A stretch of DNA of 64,000 nt from Mobula hypostoma (Eukaryota): NCBI RefSeq assembly GCF_963921235.1, contig NC_086114.1, positions 55,180,001-55,244,000 of the forward strand, read 5' to 3'. Below, piece after piece: positions 11,988 through 24,482 of the stretch. Made by a program: the position numbers and the translations under genes. Position 1 is the first letter of the stretch. Every line of letters begins with the position of its first letter. The notes under the pieces were generated by a model that saw nothing but the letters and a program-made list of their open reading frames with translations, made no database searches and was not told the DNA's origin.

Positions 11988-12172
11988 CTCGGCTCCATCC
12001 CTCCCCCTCCTGTCTTCTCCCATCATTTTGGATCTCCCCTCCCCTCCCACTTCCAAATCTCTTACTAGCTCTTCTTTCAGTTAGTCCTGAGGAAGGGTCT
12101 CGGCCCGAAACGTCGACTGTACCTCTTCCTAAAGATGCTGCCTGGCCTGAACAACTTTGATGTGTGTTGGTT
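11988..12172 (+). mobile_element. Short Penelope terminal-repeat insertion with 8-bp TSD
   Basis: GGATAATT at 11980-11987 and 12173-12180; same terminal motif as other Penelope copies. Confidence 0.75.
12082..12119 (+). ncRNA. Minimal type I hammerhead ribozyme motif (Penelope-associated)
   Basis: tagtc-CTGAGGA-agggtctcggccc-GAAA-cGTC^-gactg: stem I tagtc/gactg, CUGANGA core, stem II ggg..ccc, GAAA, palindromic ACGT stem III, GUC cleavage triplet. Confidence 0.7.
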
Positions 12173-12549
12173 GGATAATTAGGGAATTCGGGTTTTAAGG
12201 ATTTTTTTCGATGTTTTGTGCCTTTTTAAATGAAGGATGCAATTTCAGCAAAGTGCAACATTCAATTACTCTGAATAGTTTTTATTTCTTTTGTTATGAA
12301 CTCCAGTGGCAGAATATTATTGAATTCGAATAACCGTGTTTATATTGCTTGGGATATTATATGCAGGAACAGCAGATAAAGAAAGCATACAGAACAATTG
12401 GCGTGCTTTAAAAATCAATAAACTTACAAATAAGTTGTCACTGCAAACCTTTTTTAGCACGTAGATATCCTGAATCATTGACGAATCAAATTTTTATTTA
12501 AAGAATGAAAATGGTTTAAACACTGCGAAGTTGCTAGGAGCAGTGATTA

Positions 12550-14450
12550 ATAAACACGAGAGAGTCTGCAGATACTGGAGATCCAGAATAACAAATAAAA
12601 AACGCTGGAGGAACTCAGCAGGTAAGGCAGCATCTCTGGAAATAAATAATCAACCCTTCAGACCGAGATTTTTCTTCAGGACTGGAAAGGAAGGGGAAAG
12701 ACGGAAGAGTAAAAAGGTGAAAATTAAAAGAGGGTAAGGAGTTCTACCTAGAAGGTAAGAGGTGAAACACGACAGATTTGCAAGAGAAGTGTTGCTTCAC
12801 CTGGAAGGACTGTTTGGGGCCCTGAATGGAGGTAAGGGAAGAGTTGAATGGGTAGGTGTAGCATTTCTGTCACTTGCAGGGATATGTGTCAGGAAAGAGA
12901 TTAGTGGGAAGGGATGAATGGACAAGGGAATCATGGAGGGAGCAATCCCTGTGGAAAGCAGATGGGGGGGCAGCGGAGGTAAAGGTATGTTTTGTGGTGG
13001 AATTGTGTTGAAGGTGACAGAAGTTGTGGAGAGTAATGTGTTGGATGCGGAGGCTCATGGGGGGGGGGTAGGAGAGGACAAGAGGAACTCTATCCCTGTT
13101 AAGAGAGTGGGAAGATGGTTTGACTGTGGATGTTCAGGAAATGGAGGAGATGTGGGTGAGAGCAGCATCAATGGTGGAGGAAGGGAAACCCCATTCTCTG
13201 AAGAAGGAGGATGTCTCTGAAGTCCTGGAAACAGATGTGGTGGAGACGAAGGAACTGAGAAAAGGAATAGCATTTTTACAGGAGACGGTGGCAGAGGTAA
13301 AGTCCAGATAGCCATGGGAATCGGTAAGTTTATAAATGATATCGGTACACAGTTTGTCCCCAGAGATGGAGACAAATCGAGAAAGGGGAGAGAGGTGTCA
13401 GAAGTGGACCAATATAAGGGCAGGGTGGAAGTTGGAGGAAATGTTGATTAAATTGACAAGCTCAGCATGGGTGCTTGAAGCAAAAGCAATGTAGCTAGGG
13501 AGTGTTCCCAGGAACAGCATGGAACATGGATTGTTCTATGTAGCCAATGAAAAGGCAGGCTTATTTATTTATTTCTGGGGCCCATGCCCACCCCCTGAGT
13601 CTGGAGAAAGTATGAGGAGCCAAAGGAGAAACTGATGAAGGTGAGGACCGGTTCTTCCAGTCAGAGGAGGGGGGTGGTGGAGGGGAACTGGTTGAACCTT
13701 TAGTTGAGAAAGAAAGAGAGGACTTTAAGGCCTTCTTGATGGGGAATAGAAGTGTGTATGGACTGGACATTGATGGTGAAAGTGAGCCAGTCGGGGCCAA
13801 GGTATTGAAAGTTGCTGGGGAGATGGAGAGCATGAGAAGTGTGACGGATGTAGGTGGGAAGGGACTGAACCAAGGGGGATAGAATGGAGTCAAGATATGC
13901 GGACACAAGTTCAATAGGGCAGGAGCAGGCAGAGACAACAGGCCCACCCGGACAGTCAGATTTGTGTATCTTTGGAGGTAGAAAAGAGCAGTGTGTGATA
14001 AGGGAACTATGAGTTTGGTGGCAGTGGCTGGGAGTTCTCCAGGGTTGATGAGGTTAGTAATAGTGCCAGAGACAATTTTCTGATGGTCCAGAATAGGGTC
14101 CTTTACAAGGGATAGTTATGAGGTGTCTGAGAGTAGCCGCCTGGCCTCAGTAAGTTAGTGGTCAGTTGGCCACACACAACAGCAGCAACCCCTTCATCTG
14201 GGGGTTCGATGGTGTGGTTGGGATTGGTGCGGGGAGACTGGAGGGCAGGGTGTTTAGTGTGGGTAAAGTTCCATGAGGAGAGAGGAGTGCTGAAGATGTG
14301 CTGACTGACATCTCGTTGGCCATTAGAGATGAAAAGATTCCAGAGCAGTTGGAGGACCAGGGGGTGGTGTCTGAGACGAGGAGGAGGGCTGGAGACGGGA
14401 GAAGAGGTCATCAGTGAGGGGTGGGGAATTCTTGGCGACAGAAGAAGAGC
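12550..14450 (-). mobile_element. Decayed Penelope-like retroelement
   Basis: Minus-strand ORFs MSAYLDSILSPLVQSLPTYIR...FTINVQSIHTSIPHQEGL; reverse-complement similarity to 2290-4165; terminal repeat at 12550-12690. Confidence 0.85.
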
Positions 14451-15644
14451 CTGGCGTCGTGGCGGCCGTGGATCTCACTGAGGTGCAGGTGAAGGGTGGC
14501 AAAGGTAAAGCTCCTGCTGTGGTTCAGTTTCTTTTAAGAGAAATATGTGCAACTTTTCAGATGCAGATGGAAAACTGTTCTAAAATTCATTATATTTCCT
14601 TTCCTAGTTCCACTCAGGGTATTTGCAAACAAAAGAGACAACCCATGTGTTCAAGGCCACTAGATATAACTTTAATAGAAATAGCACAAGTGCCACACAA
14701 AAGGAAAAACAAATCTCTACAGTAGTAAGTAGCAGCAATACAGAAAGCAAAAAAATACTTATCATCCTGTAAATGAGCTGGTCTGCGGAGTGCTGACAGA
14801 CGCTCACACAGCCTCTCCTCTCTCTCTCTCGACTCTCGCAATGTACTGTTCCCTATGTCAGCACTAGTCAGCAGCCACAACCTAGCCTAAGACAAAACTC
14901 CCTTCCCCTTCCACCAAGAAGGTGCCCCTTTTCTACCCTTCAAAACCCCTCACACTGGTACTTTTCCACGCACAATGACCTTGCCTTACCATGAAAAACA
15001 TATTTATCACCATTTTCCACCATTATGACTGTAGACTTGTACTCCCTCAACTTTCTCAAAAAATTGCTGTGGACTGCTTCACTTATACTTTCTCAAAACA
15101 ATCCCTCTCCAAGCTAACACCATTTCATCTTACAGACTTCCATTTTATCTGAACATATACCAATCACGTTAAACATCTTCCTTACAGACCTTCACAAAAG
15201 CAAAAGGTTCAGGAAAGAATGCAATGGAATAGATGTTTTGGTGGATCCGACTGATAATGAAGCTCCACTGTCTAGGGTGCTGTATCTCCTCCGTGCTCGG
15301 TTGCACCTGCTCTTTGAATCACAGAATGTGATACAAAAAGAGGCCAGTTGCCTTATTGGGCTAGCTTTAGTTGCATCTGTTCAAAACAACAAGCAACCCT
15401 GCCTTTTCCTTGCAGCCCTGCAAAAAGTTCCACTTCATTTGATTGACGCTGAGCATGGGGTTTTTGCCGTACCATTTATAGAACTGTCTTGTTAACAGAA
15501 TAATGAAGACAGTTGGATCGAGAGAGATCAAAGGCAAGTAAAGGCTGTGAGGTGAAGATCAGAGATCTTGCTGTCGCGTGTAACCAATCAGGCTGTATCT
15601 GTGCAGAGAGAAAAACTGAGTTAACAGTTCTGATATTAAGAAGA

Positions 15645-16590
15645 AACCAGTCTGTGCGGATCAGAAATAACATCTCTGCCTTGCTGATAATCAACACTGG
15701 CGTGCCTCAAGGATGCATGCTTAGCCCACCCCTCTGCTCTCTCTACACCCATGACTGTGAGGCTAGGCACAGCTCAAAAGCCATCTATAAATTTACTCAC
15801 GACACAACCATTGCTGGCAGAGTTTCAGATGGTGGCGAAGCGGTGTACACAAGTGAGCTAGATCGGCTGGTTAAGTGGTATTGCAGCAACAACTTTGTGC
15901 TCAACTTAAGACTAAATAAATTGTGGATTTCAGAAAGGGTAAGATGACAGAACACGCACCAGTCCTCATAAAGGAATCAGAAGTAGAAAGGGTGAGCAAT
16001 TTCAAGGGTCTGGGTGTCATCATCTCTGAGGATCTGTCCCAGGCCCAACATATCGATGCAATTACAAAGAAGCCACAATAGTGGCTATATTTCATTAGGA
16101 GTTTGAGGAGGTTGGGTCCATCATGAAAGACAAATTTTTACAGATGTATTGTGGAGAGCATTCTGACTGGATGCATCACCATCTGGTTGTGGGGTCGGGG
16201 GTGCACAGCACAGGATCGAAATAATCTGCAGAAAGTTATAAACTCAGTCAGCTCCATCAGGCCACCTTCAAGGAATAGTACCTCAAAAAGGCAGCATTCA
16301 TCAACAGGGACCCCCATCACCCAGGACATGACCAATTCTCATTGCTACCACCAGGAAGGAGGTACAGAAGCCTGAAGGCACAGACTCAACGATTCTGGAA
16401 CAGTTTTTCCCTTCTGCCATACGATTTCTGAATGAACATTGAACCAATGAACACTACCTCACGACCTTTTCCGTCACTTTTTGCACTAATTTAACTTTTT
16501 GTATATATACTTACAGTCATTCAGCTTTTAGTTATTATGTATTGCGATGTACTGCTGCCACATAAGAAATTTCACAACATATGCCAGCGA
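15645..16590 (+). mobile_element. Rex-Babar-clade LINE 3' fragment
   Basis: INTGVPQGCMLSPPLCSLYTHDC..IYKFTHDTTIAG; ESILTGCITIW; the (ATTCTG)n tail is displaced to ~18135-18148 by the nested CR1. Confidence 0.85.
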
Positions 16591-18115
16591 TGTGCAAGGG
16601 AGAGGGTGAACAGCCAGAGGTCGCAATGCATATTGGCACTACTGACGTAGGCAGAAAAGGGGAAGAGGTCGTGCACAGTGAGTGTAGGGGAAAGAGGATG
16701 AAGAAAAGGACCTCCAAGGCAGTAATCTCAGGATTACTCCCGGTGCCAAAGGCTAATGCAGGTAGGAATGGCAGGAGAGCCCAGATGAATGAGTAGCTGA
16801 AGAGGACCTGTGCTGGGACCTCTGCTGTTTGTGATGTATATAAATGATCTGGATGAAAATGTAGATGGGTGGGTTAGTAAGTTTGTGGATGATACCAAGA
16901 TTGGTGGAGTTGCGGATAGTGTAGGGGACTGGTCAATAATACAGCGCAATATAGGTCAGTTGTAGATATGGGCAGAGAAATGGCAGATGGAGTTTAAAGG
17001 TTTCAAAGGTCCAATTTAATGTCAGAGAAATGTATACAATATACATCCTGAAATGCTTTTTCTTCACAAACATCCACGAAATCAGAGAAGTGCCCCTAAG
17101 AATGAACGACAGATAAACGTAAGAACTCCAAGGTCCTCCCCCCCCCCCAGCTCCCCTCCCTCCCCCCACAGACAAAGAAAAGTAAGCATTGGTACCATCA
17201 CCAAACACTCAGTGTGATCAAAGCAACAGCAAAGACACAGACTTGCAGTTACCCCAAAGACTTCGCATTACACCCGGCATTCGACATACCGCAGATTCTC
17301 TCTCTCCCTAATAAGGGAGGAAAGGGTGTCTCCATTTTCCCAGCGACTGGGAAGACATAACAAACAACTAGCTGGTTTACGATGTTTATCCAGTTAAGTG
17401 TAAGATGCTGCACCTTGGTAGGGCAAATGCGAGGAGACAGAACAGTGCTAAGGGCGAGATCATTAACAGTGTTGCTCTTCGAAGTGGCTACACAGGTTGA
17501 TAGAGTATTTAAGACTTATGGAACGCTTGTTTCAATCGTCGAGCCATTGAGTTCAAAAGTCACGAGGTTATGTTGCAACTTTATAAAACTTTGGTTAAAC
17601 CACATCGAGAGTATTGCGTACAATTCTGATTGCCCCGCTCTAGGAAGGACGTTGAAGTTTTGGGGAGGGTGCAGAAGAGGTTTACCAGGGTGCTGCCCAA
17701 ACTTGGGTTCTTTTCTCTGGAGTGGTGAGGACTGGGGGAAGATCTAGGATAGTGATCTATAAGATTATGAAAGGCATAGATAGAGTGGACAGAAACTGTT
17801 TCCCAGGGTTGAAATATCTAATACCAGAGGGCATTGAAGGTGAGAGAGGGTAGGTTCAAAGAGGATGCGAGGGGTAAGTTTTCTGTCCAAGAGTTGTGGA
17901 TGCCTGGAATGCGCTGCCTGGTATGGTGGTAGAGGCAAATAAATTAGAGGCTTTTAAGAGACATTTAGATAGGCACATGGATATGAGGAAGACGGAGGGA
18001 TATGGACATTGTCTAGGTAGGAGGGACTGTTTTGCGGTTTTAAAAAATTTACTGTTTAGCTGGTTTGGTACAGTATTTGGGCCGAAGGGCTTGTTCCTGT
18101 GCTGTACTGTTCTAT
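16591..18115 (+). mobile_element. Internally deleted CR1 LINE (ORF1 esterase piece joined to RT/3' end), with a nested antisense Rex 3' UTR at ~17000-17385
   Basis: GEGEQPEVAMHIGTTDVGRK (ORF1 SGNH) abuts VLGPLLFVMYINDLDE..SKFVDDTKIGG; DAWNALPGMVVEA C-terminus. Confidence 0.8.
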
Positions 18116-19139
18116 CTTCTGTGGTATTAAACCCAATTCTGATTCTGAAAAGCTTGTTTCCTCACTTTTCCCATTGAATTTGAAACATTAACACTGTTTC
18201 TCTCTCCACGGATGCTGCTGACCAGCTGAATATTTCCTGTATCTTCCACTTTTATTTCAGATTTCCAGTATTTACATTTTTCCTTACTTACTATTCTTTA
18301 CATATTGGGAAACAAGGAATGGTGGCTTTATAACTGCAAGGTCTCAAGGCAGCAATAGAATAATGGAAAGATAATGTTTTTGGTCATATTGGTGTAGTTG
18401 GGTGAGAGGGGGAGTGATTGCTTGGGAGATAAATTGGCCTGGACAACTTGCCTCCTCAAAATAGTGCAATGGGATAACAGGTAATGTGCTGAGAGAAACC
18501 AGCAGGTCAGGCAGCACCTGTAGGAGGAAGAGATGCTGATGTTTTGGGTTGAAATCCTGTGTCTGGATTGAGACTGGACAGGTGAGACAGCCAGCACTAA
18601 GAGTAGAAGGGAAGTGGTGAGATAAAAGTCCACAGCTGCTGCTGTCTCACTTACCTGGCACAACTTGCCTGTCAGCTTACTCTCCTCTTCAGTCCTCCAG
18701 TCACCTCAAACTCCTGTTTCACCGTTCTCCTTCTCCTCTTTATAATGGCCACCTGCCCGACAGCAAATTGTTGCTATGGATTCCAGCAACTGCAGTCTCT
18801 TGTGTGTCCAGTTTGATGGGATTTCTAATCCTGAGGAGGAAGGTGAACATGAGTGAAGTGTCCAAACCAAAATATTGTACTTCTCCTAACTGATTTGTTT
18901 GGCTAGATTTTCAGCTTATCTGCAACAAATGGATGTGGTGGCTAGGAGATCTCAAATACATCACCTACCCTCTTTGCGGTGTGAAATTCCACAGCTCAGT
19001 GGTTAGGGAGTGAAAATATTTTTTTTCGATCACAGTGAAGGAGGCAATATTGAATATATGCTAGCTCTCATTTTCCCATTTCCTGTAACCTATTCCCACT
19101 CTCATCCCTCTCAATGTCCCAGATATACCTGCCACCCAC

Positions 19140-19290
19140 CTCCACCAATACAATGGCCAATTTACATTCCAAACCAGAGCACCTGAGGGGAACTCACATG
19201 GTCACAGGGAGAACTTGCAAACTCCACGTGGACTGTGCCAAAGGTCAGGGTTGAACCTGGGTTGCTGGAGCTTTACGGCAACAGAACTGT
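19140..19290 (-). mobile_element. tRNA-derived V-SINE (HE1-like) fragment
   Basis: Reverse complement has B-box-like ggttcaaccc and V-domain gtggagtttgcaagttctccctgtgacc. Confidence 0.6.
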
Positions 19291-19559
19291 GAAGCCCACA
19301 GATTGTATTTAGATTGGTAAATAGTCTCAAATATAACACATTGGTCAGTGTTCCAGCACAGTCAAGTCCACAGATCACAGGTGTTGACGTGGCCATGCTT
19401 TTGAGATGCCATCACTTTTTGATATGTCATTTCCACTTATATCACTATAATCAGAATAGACTGATTTATTTAATCCAATTTATTTTGTTTGAATAACTCT
19501 GTATTAGCTGATCTTTTTTTCTTATTAAAAATGCTTTATTTTATTGAAGGAAGTGCTCA

Positions 19560-19679
19560 AGACCAGCAGACTTCCTAGTTCGGAACACTGGTGCAGAACC
19601 ATCAATTGCATGGGGGAAGTACTGATGAACCGGACCTTTTACTTGTGACGTGTGTGCATGAGAATGTTTCCGGGTGGTT
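19560..19679 (+). promoter_or_regulatory. TRIP4 proximal promoter / 5' UTR
   Basis: ETS-like ACTTCC, GGAAGT and TTCCGG; CRE-like TGACGT at 19646-19651; CpG-rich segment continuing through exon 1 to ~19900. Confidence 0.55.
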
Positions 19680-19792
19680 ATGATGGCCGCTGCTGGAGGG
19701 AGGATGGCTGGAGACTCGGAGTTTCTTTTACGTTGGTGTCAGAAAGAGTTGGTGCAGAAGTTCGGCCTGGAAGTAAACGAGGAATTGATTCA
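19680..19792 (+). CDS. TRIP4: Activating signal cointegrator 1 (TRIP4/ASC-1), coding exon 1
   Basis: MMAAAGGRMAGDSEFLLRWCQKELVQKFGLEVNEELIQ|gtatgt (human LVHWCTQQLRKTFGLDVSEEIIQ). The start could be ATG 19680, 19683 or the third Met. Confidence 0.92.
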
Positions 19793-20589
19793 GTATGTGA
19801 AGGGTGTCGGCCGAGTTTGTTGACGATGGCGAGGGACGCGGGAGTTCGCAGTCCGGGCCTAGAATTGGTCCCTTCGCCTAAGTTCTTGCCCTAGCGACCA
19901 GCCCATCCAACTTTCTCCCCAGTCTAACAGCGAACCATTAATCGGGTACTGTTAACGGGGTGGGGGGAGGAAAGGGAATTAGGCTTTTTTTTTTAAATAC
20001 CGTAGAGGGAATTAAAAGGATGGTGAGAATTTTAAACTAAAACTACAGTGTGCTAGGAGGACATGAGTGATGGGGATTTTTATGTGATTTCTGATATTGG
20101 CAGCAGATGGTTCGATTAGTTATGTGGATGAATCAAATGAGGGAGACTAGGCAAGTGAGCTTTGGAATAATTGAGTCAAAGGGAATGGCAATGAATGAGG
20201 ATTTTAGCAGCAGATTTATGGTTAATTTATGTGCTCTATGTTGGCTGCATCTATATCCCTATGATGTTGCTGCATGCAAGTTTTTCACGTGACAATAAAC
20301 AGGACTCGTGATTTGATGAGGCAGATAGTCAAGCTGATGTGATAAAAGTAGGTAGATTTGACAATCAATCGAATGGGTTACTTGAAGTGGGTCTGCATGG
20401 TTGCAATGGTTTGTTCCAGTATTAGATGCTAGATAGGGGGAGGAATGGAGTTAGTGTAGGAACTGTTAGATAAGATAATTTCCCATGTATTAGCATTGCC
20501 AATTGATAATTCAGAAACAAATTCAAATATTAAGTTGATTGTAATTTGGCACAATTTCGCTCAAGTAGCTTTCAACGGCACATAGTAGA

Positions 20590-23030
20590 TTCAGAATCAG
20601 GTTTATTATCACTGATGTGAAATTTGTTGTCTTACGGCAGCAGTACAGTGCAATGCATAAAAGATACCATAAATTACAATAATGTACATTAAAATTAAAT
20701 AAATAGAGCAAAAATATTGAGGTAGTCTTTATGGATTCATTGACCGTTCAGAAATCTGATGCCTCCTGATAGTAGCAATGAGGAGAGGGCACGTTATGGG
20801 TGTTGGGGATCCTTTAATAAGGGTTGCCATCTTTTTCAAACATCACCTTTTGGAGATGTTCTTGGGGGGGTTTGCTAGAGCTCATAATGGAGATGGCTGA
20901 GTTTACAACCCTCTGTAGCTTTTTTCCACTCTTGTGCGGAACAGCTAGTGATACAAGCAGCTAGAATTCTCTTCATGGTACATCTGTAGAGATTCGCTAG
21001 AGTCTTTGTTGACATAACAAATCTCCTCAAAATCCTAATGAAGTTCCGCCACTGGCATATTGTCTTCATAATTGTATAAATATGTTGTGCCCAAGATAGA
21101 AATTCAGAGATGTTGACACCCAAAAAATTGAACCTGCTCACCCTTTCTTTCCACTGCTGACCCCTCAATGAGGATTGGTGTGTGTTCCCTCGACTTTCCC
21201 TTCCTGAAGTCCACAATCACTTCCTTGGTCTTACTAATGTTGAGTTCAGTGTCGTGAGACCAGTCAACTAGTTGATCTATCTTACTCCTGTACAACTCCT
21301 TATCACTACCTGCAATTCTGCCGACAACAGTTATGCCATCGGTGATTTTATAGATGGAGATTGATTTGTGCATAGCAACACAGTTGTGGGTGTAGAGGGA
21401 GCAGAGCAGCAAGCGAAGCACTGATCTTTGAGGTGCGCTGATATTGATTGCCAGCAAAGAGATGTTGTTTCAGAGCCACATTGACTGAGGTCTCCCGATG
21501 AGGATCCAGTTGCAGAGGGAGGAACAGGGGTCCATGTTTTGAAGCTTATTGATCAGCACTGAGGGGGTGATGGCTTAGAACAGTTAGCCGCAATCAATAA
21601 ACAGCAGCCTGGCCTAGGTAGTGCTGTTGTTGTCCGGGTAGTCCTAAGCTGAGTAGAAGGCCAATAGTTTACATCCGTTGTAGACCTATTGTGGCAGGAG
21701 GCAAATTGCAGTGTGTCCAAATCCTTGTGTGGGCGAGAGTTGATTCTAGCCATGAGCACTCACAGTAGATGTGAGTGTAGCTGGGTAATGCTTGTTGAGG
21801 CAGCTCAGCCTGCTCTTCTTGGGCAGAGGCATGACTGATGTCCCTTTGAAGCAGGTGGGAACTTCCGACTGCAGCAGTGAGAGATTGAAGCTGTCCTTGA
21901 ACACTCCAGCCGGTTGGCTGGCACAGGTTTTCAGTGTCCTTCCAGGCACACCATTGGGGCCTGACACTTTGTGAGGGTTCACTCACTTGAAAGATGTTCT
22001 GACGTGGGCTTTGAGACAGGTACCAAGGGTGCAGAGATCCACACAAGATTAGTTTTAATCTTCTTTTCAAAGCATGCACAAGTGGCATTGAGCTCATCTG
22101 GGAGTGAAGCATCGCAGGCATTTATGGTGTTAGGTTTCACCTTGTAGGAATAAATGGCCTGCAAACCCTGCCAGATCTGACGTGCATTTGATTCCCTCTC
22201 TAGCATCACTCAATTGCTTTTTCGCTCTTAAGATATTCTTCCTTAGGCGAGACCCGGAATTCTTGCAGAGTTCTGGATTACCGGCCTTGAATGCCACAAA
22301 TCAGCAGACTGCAACTTTCACTTCGTCCATAGCTTCTAGTTTGGGTATGTCAGGTGTGTTCTCAAAGGGACACATCCATGCAGGTCTTGATGAAGTCAGT
22401 GACAACTATGCCATATTCATTTAGTTCCAAAACCGAATCCCTGACTGTTGTCCAGTCCACTGATTCAAAGCAGTCCTGTAAGTGCTCTCTGCCTCCCTTG
22501 ACCATTCCATTGTGATCCTCACCACTGGTGCTGTGGGTCCTCAGTCTCTGCTTGTATGCCAGGGGTAGAAGTACAGCCAGGTGATTGGACTTGTCAAAGT
22601 GCGGGTGTGGGATGGCACTGTAAACAATCTCGGTGGTGGTGAAACGGAGTTCTAGTGTGTTGGCTCCTCATTCACAGGTGATATGTTGGTGGTAGTTGGT
22701 CACGCTGGCCTGGTTGAAAACCCCACAACGATTGGGAAGCCATCAGGATGTGCTGTCTCGTGACTGCTGAACACAGTGCTCAGCTCTTCCCGTGCCTGCC
22801 CGATGTTGGCCAGGGGTGGAATGTACACTACGAATGGGATGTTGGTGGAAAACCTCCTCAACAGATAAAACAGATGACATTTTACTGCCAGATGTTCCAT
22901 TTCAGGGGAGAAGGACTGAAACGACCATCACGTCTGTGCACCACGATTACTTAACCATGAAGCAAATGCTGACATTTCAGCCTTTTCCTGACTGCCCTGT
23001 CCAGTCCACGTGGTGAAAGGTGAAGCCCTC
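20590..23030 (-). mobile_element. Long decayed Rex-Babar LINE (endonuclease + RT remnants)
   Basis: HLAVKCHLFYLLRRFS..VVYIPP..ETAHPDGFPIVVG (APE domain), NPHKVSGPNGVPGRTLKTCA, APQRSVLRLLLCSLYTHNC, LNISKTKEVIVDFRK; tail ttcagaatcag at ~20590. Confidence 0.85.
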
Positions 23031-23609
23031 GGGCTGCAGCATGAAACACAACAGGGAACGCTGGAATCATTCAGCGGGTCAGGCAAGAGGAGAAAAGAGT
23101 TGCTCTGACAAAGAAACACTAATGCTGGTGCTGCACAACCTGCTGAATATTTTCAACATTTCTGTTATTTGTTTCAGATGTACAACATCTACAGGAACTT
23201 GATTTTCCTGAGAGCATGATATGTGCAGTGGATAAACAGCAAGAGGAGTATTTACTGTAGTGTTTCCAAAACTACACTGAATTTAAAAAGTTGTTCCAGT
23301 AATGATTAATCATCTGGATAGTAATTTACAGGATCTTACAGCACTCCTAACTAGTTCACTGTCTATTTGGGGAAGGAAGCTTATAGTCCTGTACCCCTGA
23401 CATACAGATGGATTTTTAAGTGTTTTCCAGGATTGCCTAACAAGCCAACTCGTTCCAGTGGAATTAGGGATGGGCTTTGCCAATGACATACATACAGAGA
23501 ACAAGTTAGAAATGTGCACACTGCTACTGTGAACTTGGGCATTTAACCTGCATTACATCAGAGACACGATCTCTCAGAATCAGGTTTACTATTTCTGACT
23601 GATATTCCG

Positions 23610-24055
23610 ATTTTTCAATGAGGCCAATCTCAGGGTGGAGGAGCAACACCTTGTATTCTGTCTGGGTAGCCTCCAACCTGATGGCATGAATAGTTATTTC
23701 TACTTCTGGTTTAAAAAAAAAAATTCCTCTTCTGTGCCCCACTCTGGCCTCTTACCTCTTCTCACCCGCCTATCATCTCCCCCCCCCGTGCCCCTCCTCC
23801 TTCCCTCTCTCCTTTCCTATAGATTCCTTCCTCTCCAGCCCTTTACATTGTCTTCCCACCTGGCTTCACCTAACACTTTCTTGCTATCCTTCTTCCCCTC
23901 TCCCCACTTTTTTATTCTGGCCTCTTCCCGCTTCCTTTCCAGCCTTGAAGAGGAGTCTTGGCCCATAGCATCGACTGTTTATTCATTTCCCCATAGATGC
24001 TGTCTTACGTTCTGAGTTCCCTCAGCATTTTGTGAGTGTTCCTTTGGATTTCCAG
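23610..24055 (+). mobile_element. Penelope-like 3' fragment
   Basis: RVEEQHLVFCLGSLQPDGMN followed by pyrimidine-rich tract and degraded terminal motif. Confidence 0.8.
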
Positions 24056-24482
24056 CGGTACTGTGCAAAGATGTGAAAATAACTATGAAAAATAAATAGT
24101 GAAAAAATAGATAGTATTCATGGGTTCATAGACTGTTTAGAAATCTGATGGCAGAGAGGGGAAAAAACTTTCTAAATCATTGAGTGTGGGTCTTTAGGCT
24201 CCTGTACCTCCTCTCTGGTGGTAGTAATGAGAAAAGGGCATGACCCAGATGGTGTGGTCCTTAGTCATGGATATGTCTTTCTGATACACAGCCTCTTGGC
24301 GAAGGGGGTTGTGCGCACGATGGAGCTGACTGACTCTACGACACTCCGCAGTCTCTTGTGATCCTGTGCCTCTATAGCAAGTGATACGTGTTTACTTCCT
24401 ATAACCTTCATGCAATTTTTAAATTTCAGCTCTCACTCCGTCCCTATTGTACAAGAAAATCATTTGGTTTTCTAATTAACAG

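Noticed and set aside
14414-14725. 103-aa ORF with an internal GGTAAAG donor-like site between the two genes
   Set aside because: Begins inside the antisense Penelope end; no homology recognised and no partner exon found
11552-19680. Single compact bidirectional promoter for PCLAF and TRIP4
   Set aside because: The start codons are 8.1 kb apart and each has its own CpG-rich motif cluster; a shared TSS would need an unseen upstream non-coding exon
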